64,000 nucleotides of DNA from Octopus vulgaris. Taxonomy: Eukaryota. The DNA lies in contig OX597835.1 of assembly GCA_951406725.2 (NCBI GenBank), forward strand, positions 44,268,001 to 44,332,000, in the 5' to 3' direction. A program made the translations under genes and the position numbers. The notes beneath the pieces were generated by a model that saw only the letters and a list, made by a program, of their open reading frames with translations, was not told the origin of the DNA and ran no database searches. This document shows positions 28,297 to 46,850 of this stretch, piece by piece; position 1 is the first letter of the stretch, and the number at the start of each line of letters is the position of its first letter.

Positions 28297-28713
28297 CGAG
28301 TGCTGGCAGACTCGTTAGCGCGCCGGGCGAAATGCTTAGCGGTATTTCGTCTGTCGTTACGTTCTGAGTTCAAATTCCGCTGAGGTCAACTTTGACTTTC
28401 ATCCTTTCGGGGTCGATAAATAAAGTACCACTTTCGCACTGGGGGGATCGATGTAATCGACTTAAACCCTTTGTCTGTCCATGTTTGTCCCCTCTATGTT
28501 TAGCCCCTTGTGGGTAGTAAAGAAATAGGTATTTCGTCTGTCGTTACGTTCTGAGTTCAAATTCCGCCGAGGTCGACTTTGACTTTCATCCTTTCGGGGT
28601 CGATAAATAAAGTACCAGTTTCGCACTGGGGGATCGATGTAATCGACTTAATCCCTTTGTCTGTCTTTGTTTGTCCCCTCTATGTTTAAGCCCCTTGTGG
28701 GCAATAAAGAAAT
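28297..28713 (+). mobile_element. SINE family A, dimeric copy
   Basis: Head gctggcagactcgttagcgcgccgggcg, then two ~187-bp units, each starting ggtatttcgtctgtcgttacgttctgagttcaaattccg. Confidence 0.9.
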
Positions 28714-29235
28714 ATATATTCATATCAACAGAAAAATTACGTTTGTTACATATCGTTAGACAGGAATATAGCAGCCGCTCCTGGATCTGTGATAAATGCA
28801 TCACAGAAGGTGGTATGTGATGCACCATTTCCTATTCAGAAACATGAAACAGCTACTCAGTATCTGACCAACGAGAGATATAAGGATGCTTCTAAACTTC
28901 ATTTTAATAGAGTGTGTCCGATTGTGTTCCACCAGTGAGGAAGATATGACTTGCAGCATCAACTGCTGTCCAAGGATGCCTACAGGATTCGACTTTCCCA
29001 TGAGACATGTGTTTGTCTTTGTGTCTGCCTCGTCTACCAGCACTGTTTGACGACCGCTGTAGGATTATTTACGTCTCTCTAACTTTACGGTTCGGCAAAT
29101 CGACCCAATAGAATAAGTGCCTGACTTTAATACAAGTAACAGGATCGATTCGCTCTACGAGACAATTCAAGGGTCGTGTTCCAGCATGGTCGCAGTCTGA
29201 TGACTGAAACAAATAAGATGCAAAAATGAAAGATG

Positions 29236-29529
<294 letters not shown>

Positions 29530-30951
29530 ATATATATATATCGCTAAAACCGTCTACAATATTGTGGATAAAAACGATTGTTTCGGCAGCACCAAAACCA
29601 AATTATTATACGCACACACCTCTCATAATAAGACGTAAACACAATAGGCTAGACATGATACTACGGGATAGGGATCAGATGCTGTGTAGGATTGTAGAGA
29701 GCAGCGGATGTCTTATCAAAAAATGGGGAAAAGAAATATTCATTAAATACTAATGAGAAACTTACAGGACTTATATCCAGGATTTATATTTCTACTTGCA
29801 TCAATTATTAGGGATCTGTAACAACCGACTTGGATAAAAGCCTCGATGCGTTGGGCTTCCCAAGGAAGACCAAAGTAAATGGATTTACATGCTTCAAATA
29901 GAACCAATTATTGTAACAGAGAACATTTTTAAAACACTAAAGGAATTATCTAGAAAGTATCTTGGTTTGAGCATGCGCACAGAAACACTCGCAAACACAA
30001 AATAACGACTCATATTTGTTTGATATTGAGACATATACTTTCCCTAGTTGAATGCGAATTTATCCACATACATACACCACACACACAGACACACACACAC
30101 ATACACAAGCGCACGGTATTTCATATATCCACAAGCCAAGAGATCTGTGTCAAACGAAAGAGACTTGTCCCTTAGTGACTGACTTAAATATTGCCAAAGA
30201 AAAAAGATCTTAAATCAATTCCTTAATTCCAACGAAAGTAGAGACACATATAAACATAAATTCACACATACATATATACATACGCACATAAGCACATACA
30301 TACACCCATATGTACATAATACATAAATTCATAACATACATACATTTCAGCCTTCATACATACATACATACATACATTAAATAGATAGATACAGTTGTAC
30401 ACACATACATGCGTACGTACATGCGCACGTATGTACGTACATGCAGCCAACCCTGTACCATTCCAAGAGTCTAAATGAAAATGCTAACGAACAGAGTGTA
30501 GATGCGAACAAAGTTATCAACATCAACGGAAAACCAGATTAAAAATCCGAGCGGGGAGGGACGGGGCTGGGAAAACATTTTATCTCTCATCAGTGTAACA
30601 CTAATCGGAGAAATACACCGGCTTTATGGATCTTTGGAATTCAGTTAATCGATTAGCCTATTTATTTATTTATTTATTTATTTAATGAAATCTTTTATCT
30701 TTTACTGGTTTCACTCATTGGACGACGGCCATACTGAAGCGCACTGCGCTTAGTGCTTAGTCGAAAAAACCGATCCTCTAATTAATTAGCCCTCTCTTTT
30801 CCTTTTTAAAGTCTGGTACTTATTCAAAACGTCACACTTTGCTGAATCGCTTTTCTAATGAGGATGCAAATAAACTATCACCAGTTGTTAAGGAGATAAA
30901 TCCAAGTACAAATTTTCATGGATACACAAATTTTCATGGATATATATGTGC

Positions 30952-31007
<56 letters not shown>

Positions 31008-31118
31008 TACATACATTCATTCGTTCATATGCATGTGCAAACAAGTACATACATTCATATATATATATATATATATACAAACAGACAGATATATATATAT
31101 ACATACGACGGAGTGCTT

Positions 31119-31152
<34 letters not shown>

Positions 31153-31154
<2 letters not shown>

Positions 31155-31532
31155 AAGCACTCCGTCGGTTACGACGACGAGGGTTCCGGTTGATCCGATC
31201 AACGGAACAGCCTGCTCGTGAAATTAACGTGTAAGTGGCTGAGCACTCCACAGACACGTGTACCCTTAACGTAGTTCTCGGGGATATTCAGCGTGACACA
31301 GAGAGTGACAAGGCCGGCCCTTTGAAATACAGGTACAACAGAAACAGGAAGTAAGAGTGAGAGAAAGTTGTGGTGAAAGAGTACAGCAGGGATCACTACC
31401 ATCCCCTGCCGGAGCCTCGTGGAGCTTTAGGTGTTTTCGCTCAATAAACACTCACAACGCCCGGTCTGGGAATCGAAACCGCGATCCTATGACCGCGAGT
31501 CCGGTGCCCTAACCACTGGGCCATTGCGCCTC

Positions 31533-31533
<1 letters not shown>
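31153..31533 (-). mobile_element. tRNA-derived SINE (family C head and centre, tail type 2)
   Basis: Minus strand ggaggcgcaatggcccagtggttagggcaccggactcgcggtcataggatcgcggtttcgattccc, with boxes A and B. The centre is shared with 10202-10517 and the tail with 57328-57625. Confidence 0.9.
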
Positions 31534-31615
<82 letters not shown>

Positions 31616-32428
31616 CATATATATACATATATTACATATATACATATATACATACATACATACATATGTAGATACAACGGGCTTCCGTACAGTTTTCGTG
31701 TGTCAAATTCAATTAAGATGGATTGGGCCAACTGGCTTTATAGTAGAAGTCACTCAGCCAAGATGCCAAGCAGTGGAACTCAACCAGAAACGAAATGATT
31801 GCAAAACGAGCTCCGTAACAACACAACCATACACTTTTTTAAATCTTGTTTTTGTTTATGGAACAGCGACATCTGGTGATTGCTTCGTTCGTAGTCTTCG
31901 ATGATGTTGATGCTTAACACCAGGTCAATCAAGAACCAGAAGATGATCAACCGACGTTAGTCTGGGTCTGGCTTTCCCATCAATTAAAAATATACGAGAA
32001 TACATCAACCAACGTTCTCTTTTTCTTTTAAAAGACATGATTTCAAGCGTGACTTTTCCATTTTGATCGCACTTGCTATGAAATCAACGAATGTTGCTTC
32101 TGTTATACTTCATGAAAATTTGAGGGCAATTAAGCTGTCATTTTTTTGCTCAAGTACGACGGATATGATGTGGCACCGCATCTAATTAGCAACCTAGTTG
32201 GTTCGGATTTCAACAAAGTGGAATTTGATTTAGATTCCGTTGGCCTTCTGTGGGAAACGGAGTGGGTAAATCAAGTACGAATAAGTCAGTGCTATGCATG
32301 ATTCTAGCGATTTGGACCGCTATGCTTATTACGCTTGGTTGGCGAGACAGAAACAATCGATGTTGACAACATATAAACACATTTATTAATATACGCATGC
32401 GTATGTGTGTATGTGTGTATGAGCGTGC

Positions 32429-32477
<49 letters not shown>

Positions 32478-32540
32478 AATTTTTGCGTAATGAGATAAAA
32501 AAAACCAAGGCTGTGTAGATAGAATATTTATAGATAGAAG

Positions 32541-32592
32541 GTCTTACAGCTGTTTCCAGGGTATTTATTAATTATATCACTTCATCGGAGAC
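32541..32592 (-). ncRNA. minimal type-I hammerhead-like motif, U4C core variant, in a Penelope-like remnant
   Basis: Minus strand gtct-CCGATGA-AGTG...CCTG-GAAAC-AGCT-GTA-agac. Stem I is gtct/agac, stem III is the palindrome ACAGCTGT and the triplet is GUA. Stem II is damaged. Confidence 0.5.
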
Positions 32593-32728
32593 GGTTTGGG
32601 AGGATGGTTAAGTAATACTTAATTTAGATACGATACAAAATAGAGAGTGAGGTGGAGGAAAGAAAATCGATGTGAGATATGTAGGGATATTGAATCTGTA
32701 GATCCATTTTTTAGGCAGAATGGTATAT

Positions 32729-32876
32729 ATGTAAAGTTCCAATACCTTATGAGAAAAATCCAACACTATTTAAAATTGTTCATTCCAAATATAGAGTTTA
32801 TACACAATGTAAGATTCCAATACCTTATGAGTAAGATCCTACCGTATTTAAAATTGGTCATTCCAAGTACAGAATT

Positions 32877-32884
<8 letters not shown>
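32729..32884. repeat. two diverged 78-bp tandem units
   Basis: 32729-32806 and 32807-32884 both read atgtaa..ttccaataccttatgag...atcc...tatttaaaattg.tcattccaa.ta.aga.tttatacaca. Confidence 0.85.
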
Positions 32885-32919
<35 letters not shown>

Positions 32920-33746
32920 TGTTGACGTAATAAAGCTTTATATACTTTCGAGAGAACGCGAAATAATTTCTTTCTTTGGAACCGAATTCGGAAGCACCTA
33001 TGCAGTTACAAATATTGTACATATTGAAATACATATACAAATACACTCGCACACGCACATACACACGTACATGTACATACACACACGCGCACACATAAAC
33101 AAACACAAACACTTACAAAAATACGCTCACACACATGTACATACATATTTGTGTGTGTATGTGTATGTGTATGTGTGTGCGTATGTGTTTAGAGAATATT
33201 TGTGAATACACCGTAAATCGTACACTATAAATAGCCACCACCCACTTACCTCCTCTTTTCTCACCGTAACGAGAAGGGTGTCATTTCTGTTTACTCTGTT
33301 AAAAGTCAAAGAATATGCCCACGGAGAAATATAAACTATCGCTGCAAGAATTTTCTGAGAGCTTACATTATAAGGCATTTGGGCGTCTACTTTACATTTC
33401 CAATCCTTCTAACGTTTTGCAATGAAAGAAAAAAATCAAAAAAAAATCAACGTTAACAGTTATCTCACTATTATGCAAAACAGACACTCCAGCCAGCTGT
33501 GACCTTGTTTGTATAAGTAACTGCATGTTTCTTATCTGTCGATGAAAAAGAAAAGGTATTCTTTCTCTGATGAAGGTCTAACAAGACTAGAAATTAAACA
33601 GATGGTTCACTCATATGTGTAAGTATATATGTGCGTGTGTGGGTGTGGGTGTATGGTTGTATGGATGCTAGTGTCTGTGTAAATGTATGCATATATGTAT
33701 TTTTATATAAACATAAATATGTATCTATGTCTAATGTGTATATACA

Positions 33747-33831
<85 letters not shown>

Positions 33832-33864
33832 ATCTATACACATACCTATATATTTATAATTCGA

Positions 33865-34062
33865 CATGCTGAACCGCTGAAATCTACAAGTTTTTTTTTA
33901 TTCATTCTCTCTCTGTGTTTCTTTTCCTCTTATTACATTCTGCTGAAGAGCGTACGCTCGAAATGTAAAAGACTTTTTCATTTTTCCCGAGCGTCAACCT
34001 AATACACTTGCTCGTGGTTCATACATCTGTCTTTGTCTTTTGTTTTTCTATAAATTCCAACT
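33865..34062 (+). mobile_element. family P1 Penelope-like terminal-repeat fragment
   Basis: Homologous to 7015-7205 and 29350-29529. CTGCTGA-A-GAGC(gtac)GCTC-GAAATGTA at 33940. Confidence 0.6.
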
Positions 34063-34621
34063 GCACATTATACGCTGACGTGGTTACCCCAGTTCGAGCC
34101 GGACTGAACTTTCTACTATTTGGACTTACATATCTTAACCATTTTCCGAACTGTCAGCGCTCCGCCCGGATTACCACAGAATCTATAAACTCTATCTTCA
34201 GAGATTTCACTGGAATTTTTCGTTGATATATATATATATATATATATGCATAAATACACACACTAGCGGAAACACGCATCTTCACATATATTGTACATAT
34301 AGAGATCGATAGACTGAGAAAGATACAAACGCATGGAATGAGATGTAGAGAGGATGAGCACGAGATACTCAGCCATATATGCAACACATATTGAATACTG
34401 TATAAGGAAGCATAAACATGCACATACGAAACACTGACACATACGCAACACTGATACATACGCAGAACGTACGCGCACACGCATACACACACGCGCGCTC
34501 ACACACACACACACACACACACACAGGTAAGCAGAAATTCACACTTAGACATATATAACCATTCAAATACATATAGTGTGGAATACAAGCACACATACAC
34601 ACACACAAACACACGTATATA

Positions 34622-34827
34622 CAGTGAACACTCGACTATCGCGGGTTTTACGTTCCAGAAACTCCCACAGAAACAATTAAGATCTAAAAAAATGTAAATA
34701 CCTATCGGCCGCAGAAACCCGCGATATACCGATTTCTCCGCGATATAAATTTACATATATTAGCCAGAAAAATTCGTGATGTACTGAGTACGCGATAGGT
34801 GAACCGCGATATAGCGAGGAATTAGCG
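34622..34827. mobile_element. pogo/Tigger-like MITE, degraded
   Basis: TA|cagtgaacactcgactatcgcgg ... ccgcgatatagcgaggaattagcg|TA, with internal repeats of cgcgata. Confidence 0.65.
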
Positions 34828-34867
34828 TATACACAAAAATCACGAACGCTCTTATAATAGAAGGACA

Positions 34868-35198
34868 TGTAAAGACCGCTTTCCGTCATGATTGACCATG
34901 GAATTGCTTCTAGAAGGTTACCCTCCGGGGTACAAGTCAGGGTAAGGTTGTTTATGGAAGACCAACAGTCGCCCATGCATACCAGCTTCTCCTCTCCGCG
35001 TCACTGATGTTATCCAAGGGAAAGGCAAAGGGGCCGATACAGCTTTGCTCCAGTAACATCGCATCTCATTTCTACAGCTGGAGCAAGGTGAAATAAAGTG
35101 TCTTGCTCAAGAACGCGACACACAGCCCGGTCTGGGAATCGAACTCACTACCTTATGATTGTGAGTCCGGTGCTCTAACCACTGAGAGATGCGACTTC
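34868..35198 (-). mobile_element. tRNA-derived SINE (family C-like head, CORE-like domain, tail type 3)
   Basis: Minus strand ctcagtggttagagcaccggactcacaatcataaggtagtgagttcgattcccagaccggg...gttcttgagcaagacactttatttcaccttgctccag. Confidence 0.8.
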
Positions 35199-35310
35199 AC
35201 ATAGAAGCACATAAACGTGCAAATATACACATACAGAGGTAGCACAGACGCATACACTGCCAAATTCAATCACACACATACACATACACATCATCGCACA
35301 AATGCACGCA

Positions 35311-35358
<48 letters not shown>

Positions 35359-35880
35359 TTTCCAGAGAATCTTTTTCAGACGGGAAACGAAAGCTTGCAG
35401 GACAAGAAAGTGGGATTATTAGCAGACACAAGAAAGAGGAAGAAAAAGATGTCGACGATAATGCTGATGATGATAATGATGGTGAAGAAGAAGAAGAAGA
35501 AGAAGAAGAAGAAGAAGAAGAAGAAGAAGAAGAAGAAGAAGAAGAAGAAGAAGGAACGTTGTAATTAAGATGTAGAGTCGTTAATCATAATTAATATGGA
35601 AAGAACTTTGGAGGAGAAAGGGAAAATAACGATGTAAATAAAACTAAAACAGAATCCTCGCTCATCAGATGAAGAGGGGAAGGAGAGGCATAAAGCACGA
35701 AGAAGGAAGAGGTGGAGGGTGAGGAAGAGATAATGGTAGTGATGAGGATGATGATGACGACGACGATGACCATATGGACGAAGGCGATGACGAACATGAT
35801 GATAATGATGCTGATGATGGTAGTGGTGTTGAGAATGAGGGTGATTTCCACTTCCATCATCGTCTTCATACTACTACTAT

Positions 35881-35915
<35 letters not shown>

Positions 35916-35929
35916 ATAATAATAATAAT

Positions 35930-36140
35930 GGTTTCAAATTTTGCCTCACAAGGGCAACTACATTGGGGGAAGGGATGAGTCGATTACAACGACCCCAGTA
36001 TATAACTGGTACATATTTTATTGACTCCGAATTGATGAAAGGCCAAGTCGACCTCGGCGGAATCTGATCTAAAAACGTACAGATGAAATGCTGATAAGCA
36101 TTTCGTCCAGATTGTTAACGATTCTGCCAGCTCGCTACCT
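35930..36140 (-). mobile_element. SINE family A
   Basis: gtcgattac...ccccagt...ggtac...tttattgac...gatgaaaggccaagtcgacctcggcggaat...ttctgccagctcgc. Confidence 0.8.
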
Positions 36141-36141
36141 C

Positions 36142-36171
<30 letters not shown>

Positions 36172-36172
<1 letters not shown>

Positions 36173-36260
36173 GAGCATCACAACAAATCACAGCACATAC
36201 CCAAGGCACACAGAGCTGCGCTCGGTAGTGAAGTGAAAGCACGCTATAAAAATAAAACTA

Positions 36261-36263
<3 letters not shown>
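36172..36263 (+). mobile_element. extreme 3' end of an R4/Dong LINE inserted in (TAA)n
   Basis: Essentially identical to 53271-53369 (agagcatcacaacaaatcacagc...gcacgctataaaaataaaactactg-aataat). Confidence 0.85.
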
Positions 36264-36331
<68 letters not shown>

Positions 36332-36351
36332 TAATAATAATAATAATAATA

Positions 36352-36668
36352 ATACCAGTGATCGTAGGAGCATTAGGAATGATCAAGAAGGGAACCTAAA
36401 ATTATATGAGAATGATCCCTGGCTTACCATCCCTGCAAGGAGTACAAAAGATTGTCTTAACTGGTAAATCACGCGTATTGAGAAGAGCATTGTCGATGTG
36501 AGAACTATTACAATCCATGTATTTTAATTTAACTTAAAAAAAAAAATGAACGAACTAGTGAGTTTAGTTTAATGGCCTACCAATGGATACTATGAGTTTC
36601 TTTGCCCTAGGAGTCGGGAAGACACTCGGCAAGAAATGGAAGCAAATTTGAGAGAAGAAAAAAAAGAT
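36352..36668 (+). mobile_element. 3' end of another R4/Dong lineage in (TAA)n
   Basis: IPVIVGALGMIKKGT*NYMRMIPGLPSLQGVQKIVLTGKSRVLRRALSM*, followed by a 3' UTR and (taa)n. Confidence 0.8.
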
Positions 36669-37459
36669 AATAATAATAATAATTTTGTTCTAATTTGGAT
36701 ACAAGATCAGCAATTTTAGGGCAAAGAATTTAACAATGCTCAACTTTGGTTTATTTCATCGATCGCAAAAGGATTTAAGGGTCAATTGACCACGACGATA
36801 TTTCAGTTGAAAACGTTAAAAACCGGAAGAAATTGAAGGTGTAGGGCTTCAGTCGATTACAAAACGACCCCTATATATATTTTACTGACGTTTTAATTTA
36901 TCGATCCGCTCCCCCATTCACCCCCCAAAACGGTATGAAAGACAAAGTTGATCTTATTCACAGGTACGACAGTCAGTTGTAAGATATATTGCATAACGCT
37001 TGTGTGTGTGTGTGTGTGTGTGAATGGTCGATGTATTTGGAAGGCCCTAGACAAGCCAGAAATACGTTGTGGTATATATATATATATAGCGGGGTCCGGT
37101 GACATATCGCTGTAGCTGTTGTAGCTGTTTCTGGAGTATGAGCAATGTGATTTTAATCGCATGTATATATACAGGCATATACACTTATATACAAATATAT
37201 ACTTATATATATATGTATATATATATATATACACACATCTGTTTCAATCGTTTGACTGCGACGAAGCTGGGGCGATTGCCTTGAAGAATTTTTAGTGGAA
37301 TGAGTAAATCGTCCACCGCGGGGCAGATTTTTTATTTTTATTCCTGTTACATATTCTGTCGGGCCCGTTTGACGAACCGCTAAGGTTGCGAGGTCGAAAA
37401 TAACTCCACACCGGTTGTGAAGCGGTGGTGGGTAACAAACACAGACACATAGACACACA

Positions 37460-37527
<68 letters not shown>

Positions 37528-38053
37528 GTTTTCAAGCAAGCTTCTTGTCACACAGCTATGCATGCCTCTATATGCATGCATATATATATATATATATATA
37601 TCAAAATGAAAGGGCCATGCTAATAACATATGTAGGACCCTCCGACTCTGGTGGAAAGGAGCCAGGAAGAGTATCTTCAAACCAATGGACGGGGCCCGAA
37701 AGTGTTTAGCAAAATGGTTTACGCTAAGAGCAACGAAGGTACCGGATGGCGATGTTCGACCGATTACCGTTTTAATCTATTACTCAACAGGGATACTGAA
37801 TGGCCAATTTTGACACACATTGATGTGGGTCATGATGACGAATATAGACCGGGAGAGGATGTGGTCATTAAATGCCATGTTGTGCATTGTCTGATATAAG
37901 CCTCTGCCCTTATGGTCGAGGGTCTTCTGCCGCTGCAGAACGTATGACAGGAAGAAAGGTTCCTTGAATCCACATCGACGAACCCTTCAATACGTTAAAG
38001 TTAGGAATTACACATCACCATCAACATCACTGTTATTGTCATCGTCGTCGTCG

Positions 38054-38087
<34 letters not shown>

Positions 38088-38173
38088 TATTCTTGCTTGC
38101 CCTCGACATAAGTCGAGATCGTAACCATAACAATTGATGTTAAGATGATGACGATGATGATTATAATAATAAC

Positions 38174-38238
<65 letters not shown>

Positions 38239-38351
38239 TAATAATGATAATAATGATAATAACAATCGTCATCATGATCACTGTCACCATAGTTTCGTCA
38301 TTACTATCATCATGATCACTATGGTGATGGTTATCGGGATGATGATGATGT

Positions 38352-38419
<68 letters not shown>

Positions 38420-38439
38420 TTACTACTACTAATGGTAAT

Positions 38440-38598
38440 GGTTTCAAATTTTGCCACAAGGGCAGCAATTTTGATGGAGAGGATGAGTCGATTACATCGA
38501 CCCCAGTGCGTAACTGGTACCTAATTTATCGACCCTGAAAGGATGAAAGGCAAAGTCAACCGCGGCGGATTTTAAACTCAGAACGAAAATATAATAAC

Positions 38599-38654
<56 letters not shown>

Positions 38655-38878
38655 CGATAATCCTTTCTACTATAGGCACAATGCCTGAAATTTGTGGGGA
38701 GAGGTTATGTGGATTGTACGGACCCCAGTACTCGGCTGGTACTAAGTTAATCGAACCCGGAAGGATGTAAGGCAAAGTCTACCACGGTGGAACTTGAACT
38801 CAGAACGTAGACACAGATGAAATAGCGCTAAGCATTTCGCCCGGCGTGCTAACGATTCTGCCAGATCGCCGCGCCGCC
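38440..38878 (-). mobile_element. two SINE family A copies separated by (TAA)n
   Basis: 38440-38585 (truncated) and 38660-38878 match the family A reverse complement. Confidence 0.8.
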
Positions 38879-38915
38879 TTATATCATACTCATAATAATA
38901 ATAATAATAATAATG

Positions 38916-38946
<31 letters not shown>

Positions 38947-39238
38947 TAATAATAATAATAATTATTATTATTATTATTATTATTATTATCATTACTAAAG
39001 TTATGATACATGATGATAATGCTTGCATGATGATGATGATGACGACGGTGGTGATGATGATGATGATGATGACGACGACGATGGTGATGATGATGATGAT
39101 GATGACGACGACGATGGTGATGATGATGATACTGATAATAATCTTCATTGTTTTCCTTCGATTTCTGCTTCTTCTCCTCCTCCTTCCCATCATCATCATC
39201 ATCATCGTCATTATCACCAGCACCACCATCATCGTTGT

Positions 39239-39269
<31 letters not shown>

Positions 39270-39296
39270 AGCGTCAGAATCACCACCACCACCACC

Positions 39297-39327
<31 letters not shown>

Positions 39328-39371
39328 CCACTTTATTTTAATTTGTTAGCGACGCCAACGACGACAAGATC

Positions 39372-39405
<34 letters not shown>

Positions 39406-39561
39406 CCTGGTACTAACTAACAAAATGACAGCAACAACAACCTGAACAACAACAACAATTCTTGAGGAACCGATGACAACAAGAACAAAGAACAACAACA
39501 ACAACAACAACAAATGATGAACCATGAAAAATGACAATGAAAACAACAACACAAACAAGGG

Positions 39562-39592
<31 letters not shown>

Positions 39593-39675
39593 GAATGACA
39601 AGTGACGAATGACAAATGACTAATGACAAATGACCATACAAACGAGAACAAGAAGAAACAAGAGTGACGTGGAGT

Positions 39676-39710
39676 GGGGGTTGGGGTTGGGGGTTGGGGT
39701 TGGGGGTTGG
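39676..39710 (+). repeat. (G4-5TT)n tract, predicted G-quadruplex
   Basis: ggggg-tt-gggg-tt-ggggg-tt-gggg-tt-ggggg-tt-gg. Confidence 0.75.
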
Positions 39711-39920
39711 TAAAGAAAAAAAGAAACACAAAAATTGAATGTGAAAATTAAAAAAAAAAAGCCAACAAAAATGTGTAACAGGCAAAAAAAAAAATGAAAA
39801 CCAACAAAAAGCAACAAAAAGCAACAAAAAGCAAAGCAAAACAAAAAACAACAACAACAACAACAACAGCGGGATCAACAATTTACAGAAATCCGAAATA
39901 TTGCTGGTGTTGTTTTTAAA

Positions 39921-39980
<60 letters not shown>

Positions 39981-40060
39981 GCAGCAAAAAACAGCAAAAA
40001 ATTTGAAATCTTACAATGGCAGAATTTTAAAATAAAATACTGTTCCGTCAATGGAGGTTT

Positions 40061-44760
<4,700 letters not shown>

Positions 44761-44849
44761 TATATAGAGAGAGATCTGGGTGTGTTTGCGTGTGTGATGG
44801 AGTATAGAAAATATGATGACGGTAACGCGTCTCCTCCCAGGAATGCTTA

Positions 44850-44908
<59 letters not shown>

Positions 44909-44969
44909 TACTACTACTGTGGCTGCTGCTGCTGCTTGCAATATCAACGCCGTCACAACTTATCAGTGC

Positions 44970-45001
<32 letters not shown>

Positions 45002-45399
45002 TTAGTAGTAGTAGAAGTTACATCCATACTAATAACAACAACAACCAAAATTATCAACAGCTGCATTTGGTAAAATAACTTGTATAGCAGCGGGCTTTAT
45101 TAATCAGTTCGAAGTTGTTGTTGTTTTATTCCCAAATCAGCGTTGGTCGTTCAGACATTCGACTATGATGAGAAAGCCTTCCAGTCGTGACCATCCTAAT
45201 TGCTTTTGTTTATTTTATTTTTCTATTTTTGCCTTTCGTCTTTTATTCAGTTTTACCATTCAGCTATAAGTGTTGCGTTGCTATGACTATATTATCCAAC
45301 GTGGCAAAGGTAGTAGGAGGTTTCGAAGGTGGTTTGGCTGCTATTTCTAATAGATCGAACGAGCAGGTAAGAGACTCCACCGTTGGCTCCTGTTAAACT

Positions 45400-46850
45400 G
45401 TGTTGTTGTTGTTGATTATTTTGTTGTTGTTCTTGTTGGTGTTGGTGTTTGGTGTGTTGCGGTGGTGGTGGTGGTTGTTATGATGGTGTGGCTATTTGTG
45501 GTGATGGTGGTGATGGTTGTTATGATGGTGTGGCTATTTGTGGAGATGGTGGTGGTGGTGGACGATATGATGGTGTGGCTATTCGTGGTGTTGGTGATGA
45601 GTGCATTGGTGGTATTGGTGGTGGTTGATATGCTGGTTTTACTATTTTGTGGCGATTGTGGTGGCGTTGGTTGCTATGGAGATAATGGTTGTTGCTGTGG
45701 TTGTAGTTGCTGGTAGTTGGGTTTGGTGCAAACCATCGGGATGATGTTATTGCTGGTGTTGGTGATGACGGCGTCGTGTTGTTGGTTGTAGTTGCTGGTG
45801 TTGCTGTTGGTGGCGTTAATGGTGTTGACACTAATAATGGTGATGGTGGTATTGGTGTTGGTGCTGTGATAGCGTTGACGGTGATGGTGATGGTGGTGGT
45901 GGTGGTAATGCTGGTGACGTTAGTGGTTGTGTTAGTGGTAGTCGCGATGTCCGTGGCTCCCGTGGCGATGGTGGTAGTGATGGGATTTGACGTTGATGTT
46001 GTCGGTGGTGGTTAAGGTGATGTTCACTGTGTGTGCGTGTGTGTGTGAGGTGTTGATGGTGGCTGGTGTTGTGTTTATTTTGCCGGAGATGTAGACGGTG
46101 GTGGCTGTGAATGTGGGGATGGTTTGGGAGGAGGGGTTTGATAAACTGGTGATAAAAAAAAGTGAAGATGGAGGCTGTGTTGTTGTTGTTGTTGATGACT
46201 ATGTTGACGATGACGACGGTGATGATAATGATGATGATGATGATGACGATGATGATGACGACGATGGTGACGATGATGGTGATGATGATGGTGATGATGA
46301 TGATGATGATGATGATGATGACGATGATGATGACGACGATGGTGACGATGACGATGATGATGATGGTGATGATGATGATGATGATGACGATGAATGCGGC
46401 GATGATGATGATGGTGATGACAACCACGATGCAAAAGACGACCAAGACAACGACGATGACGATGATGATGATTGTGGATCACAACGACGACAGTTATGAA
46501 AATAATAGCAACGATGATGACGAGGGCGACGATGACAACGACGGTGATGATGATGACGGCGGCGGTTGTGGCGGGGGAGGGGGATCTGGTAGTCACTGTA
46601 GTGGTGATTCTGATAGATTGTGTGAATGCAGAGATGGAAGAAGAAGAATAGGAAGAAGAAGAAGAAGAAGAAGAATAGGAAGAAGAAGAAGAAGAAGAAG
46701 TAGAAGAAGAAGAAGAATAGGAAGAAGAAGAAGAATAGGAAGAAGAAGAAGAAGAATAGGAAGAAGAAGAAGTTGAATAGGAAGAAGAAAAAGAAGAACA
46801 AGAAGAAAAAGAAGAAGAACAAGAAGAAGAAGAAGAAGGAGGAGGAGAAG
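45400..46850. repeat. degenerate (GGT)/(GTT)/(GAT)/(GAA)n trinucleotide mosaic
   Basis: Read directly from the sequence. It is the source of the long low-complexity ORFs. Confidence 0.85.

Noticed and set aside
28340-28713. CRISPR-like or satellite array
   Set aside because: There are only two long units of a SINE, with no repeat-spacer pattern, in a eukaryotic context.
31460-31533. tRNA gene (also suggested at 10205, 35130-35198, 57328 and 62330)
   Set aside because: The tRNA-like heads run directly into SINE bodies and lack a complete acceptor stem.
33567-33606. CTGATGA-aggtct(aaca)agacta-GAAA hammerhead candidate
   Set aside because: Stem II is plausible, but there is no valid stem III or NUH site and stem I pairs poorly.
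39676-39710. Ciliate (TTGGGG) telomere or contamination
   Set aside because: The tract is short and irregular, and it is embedded in host-type simple repeats.
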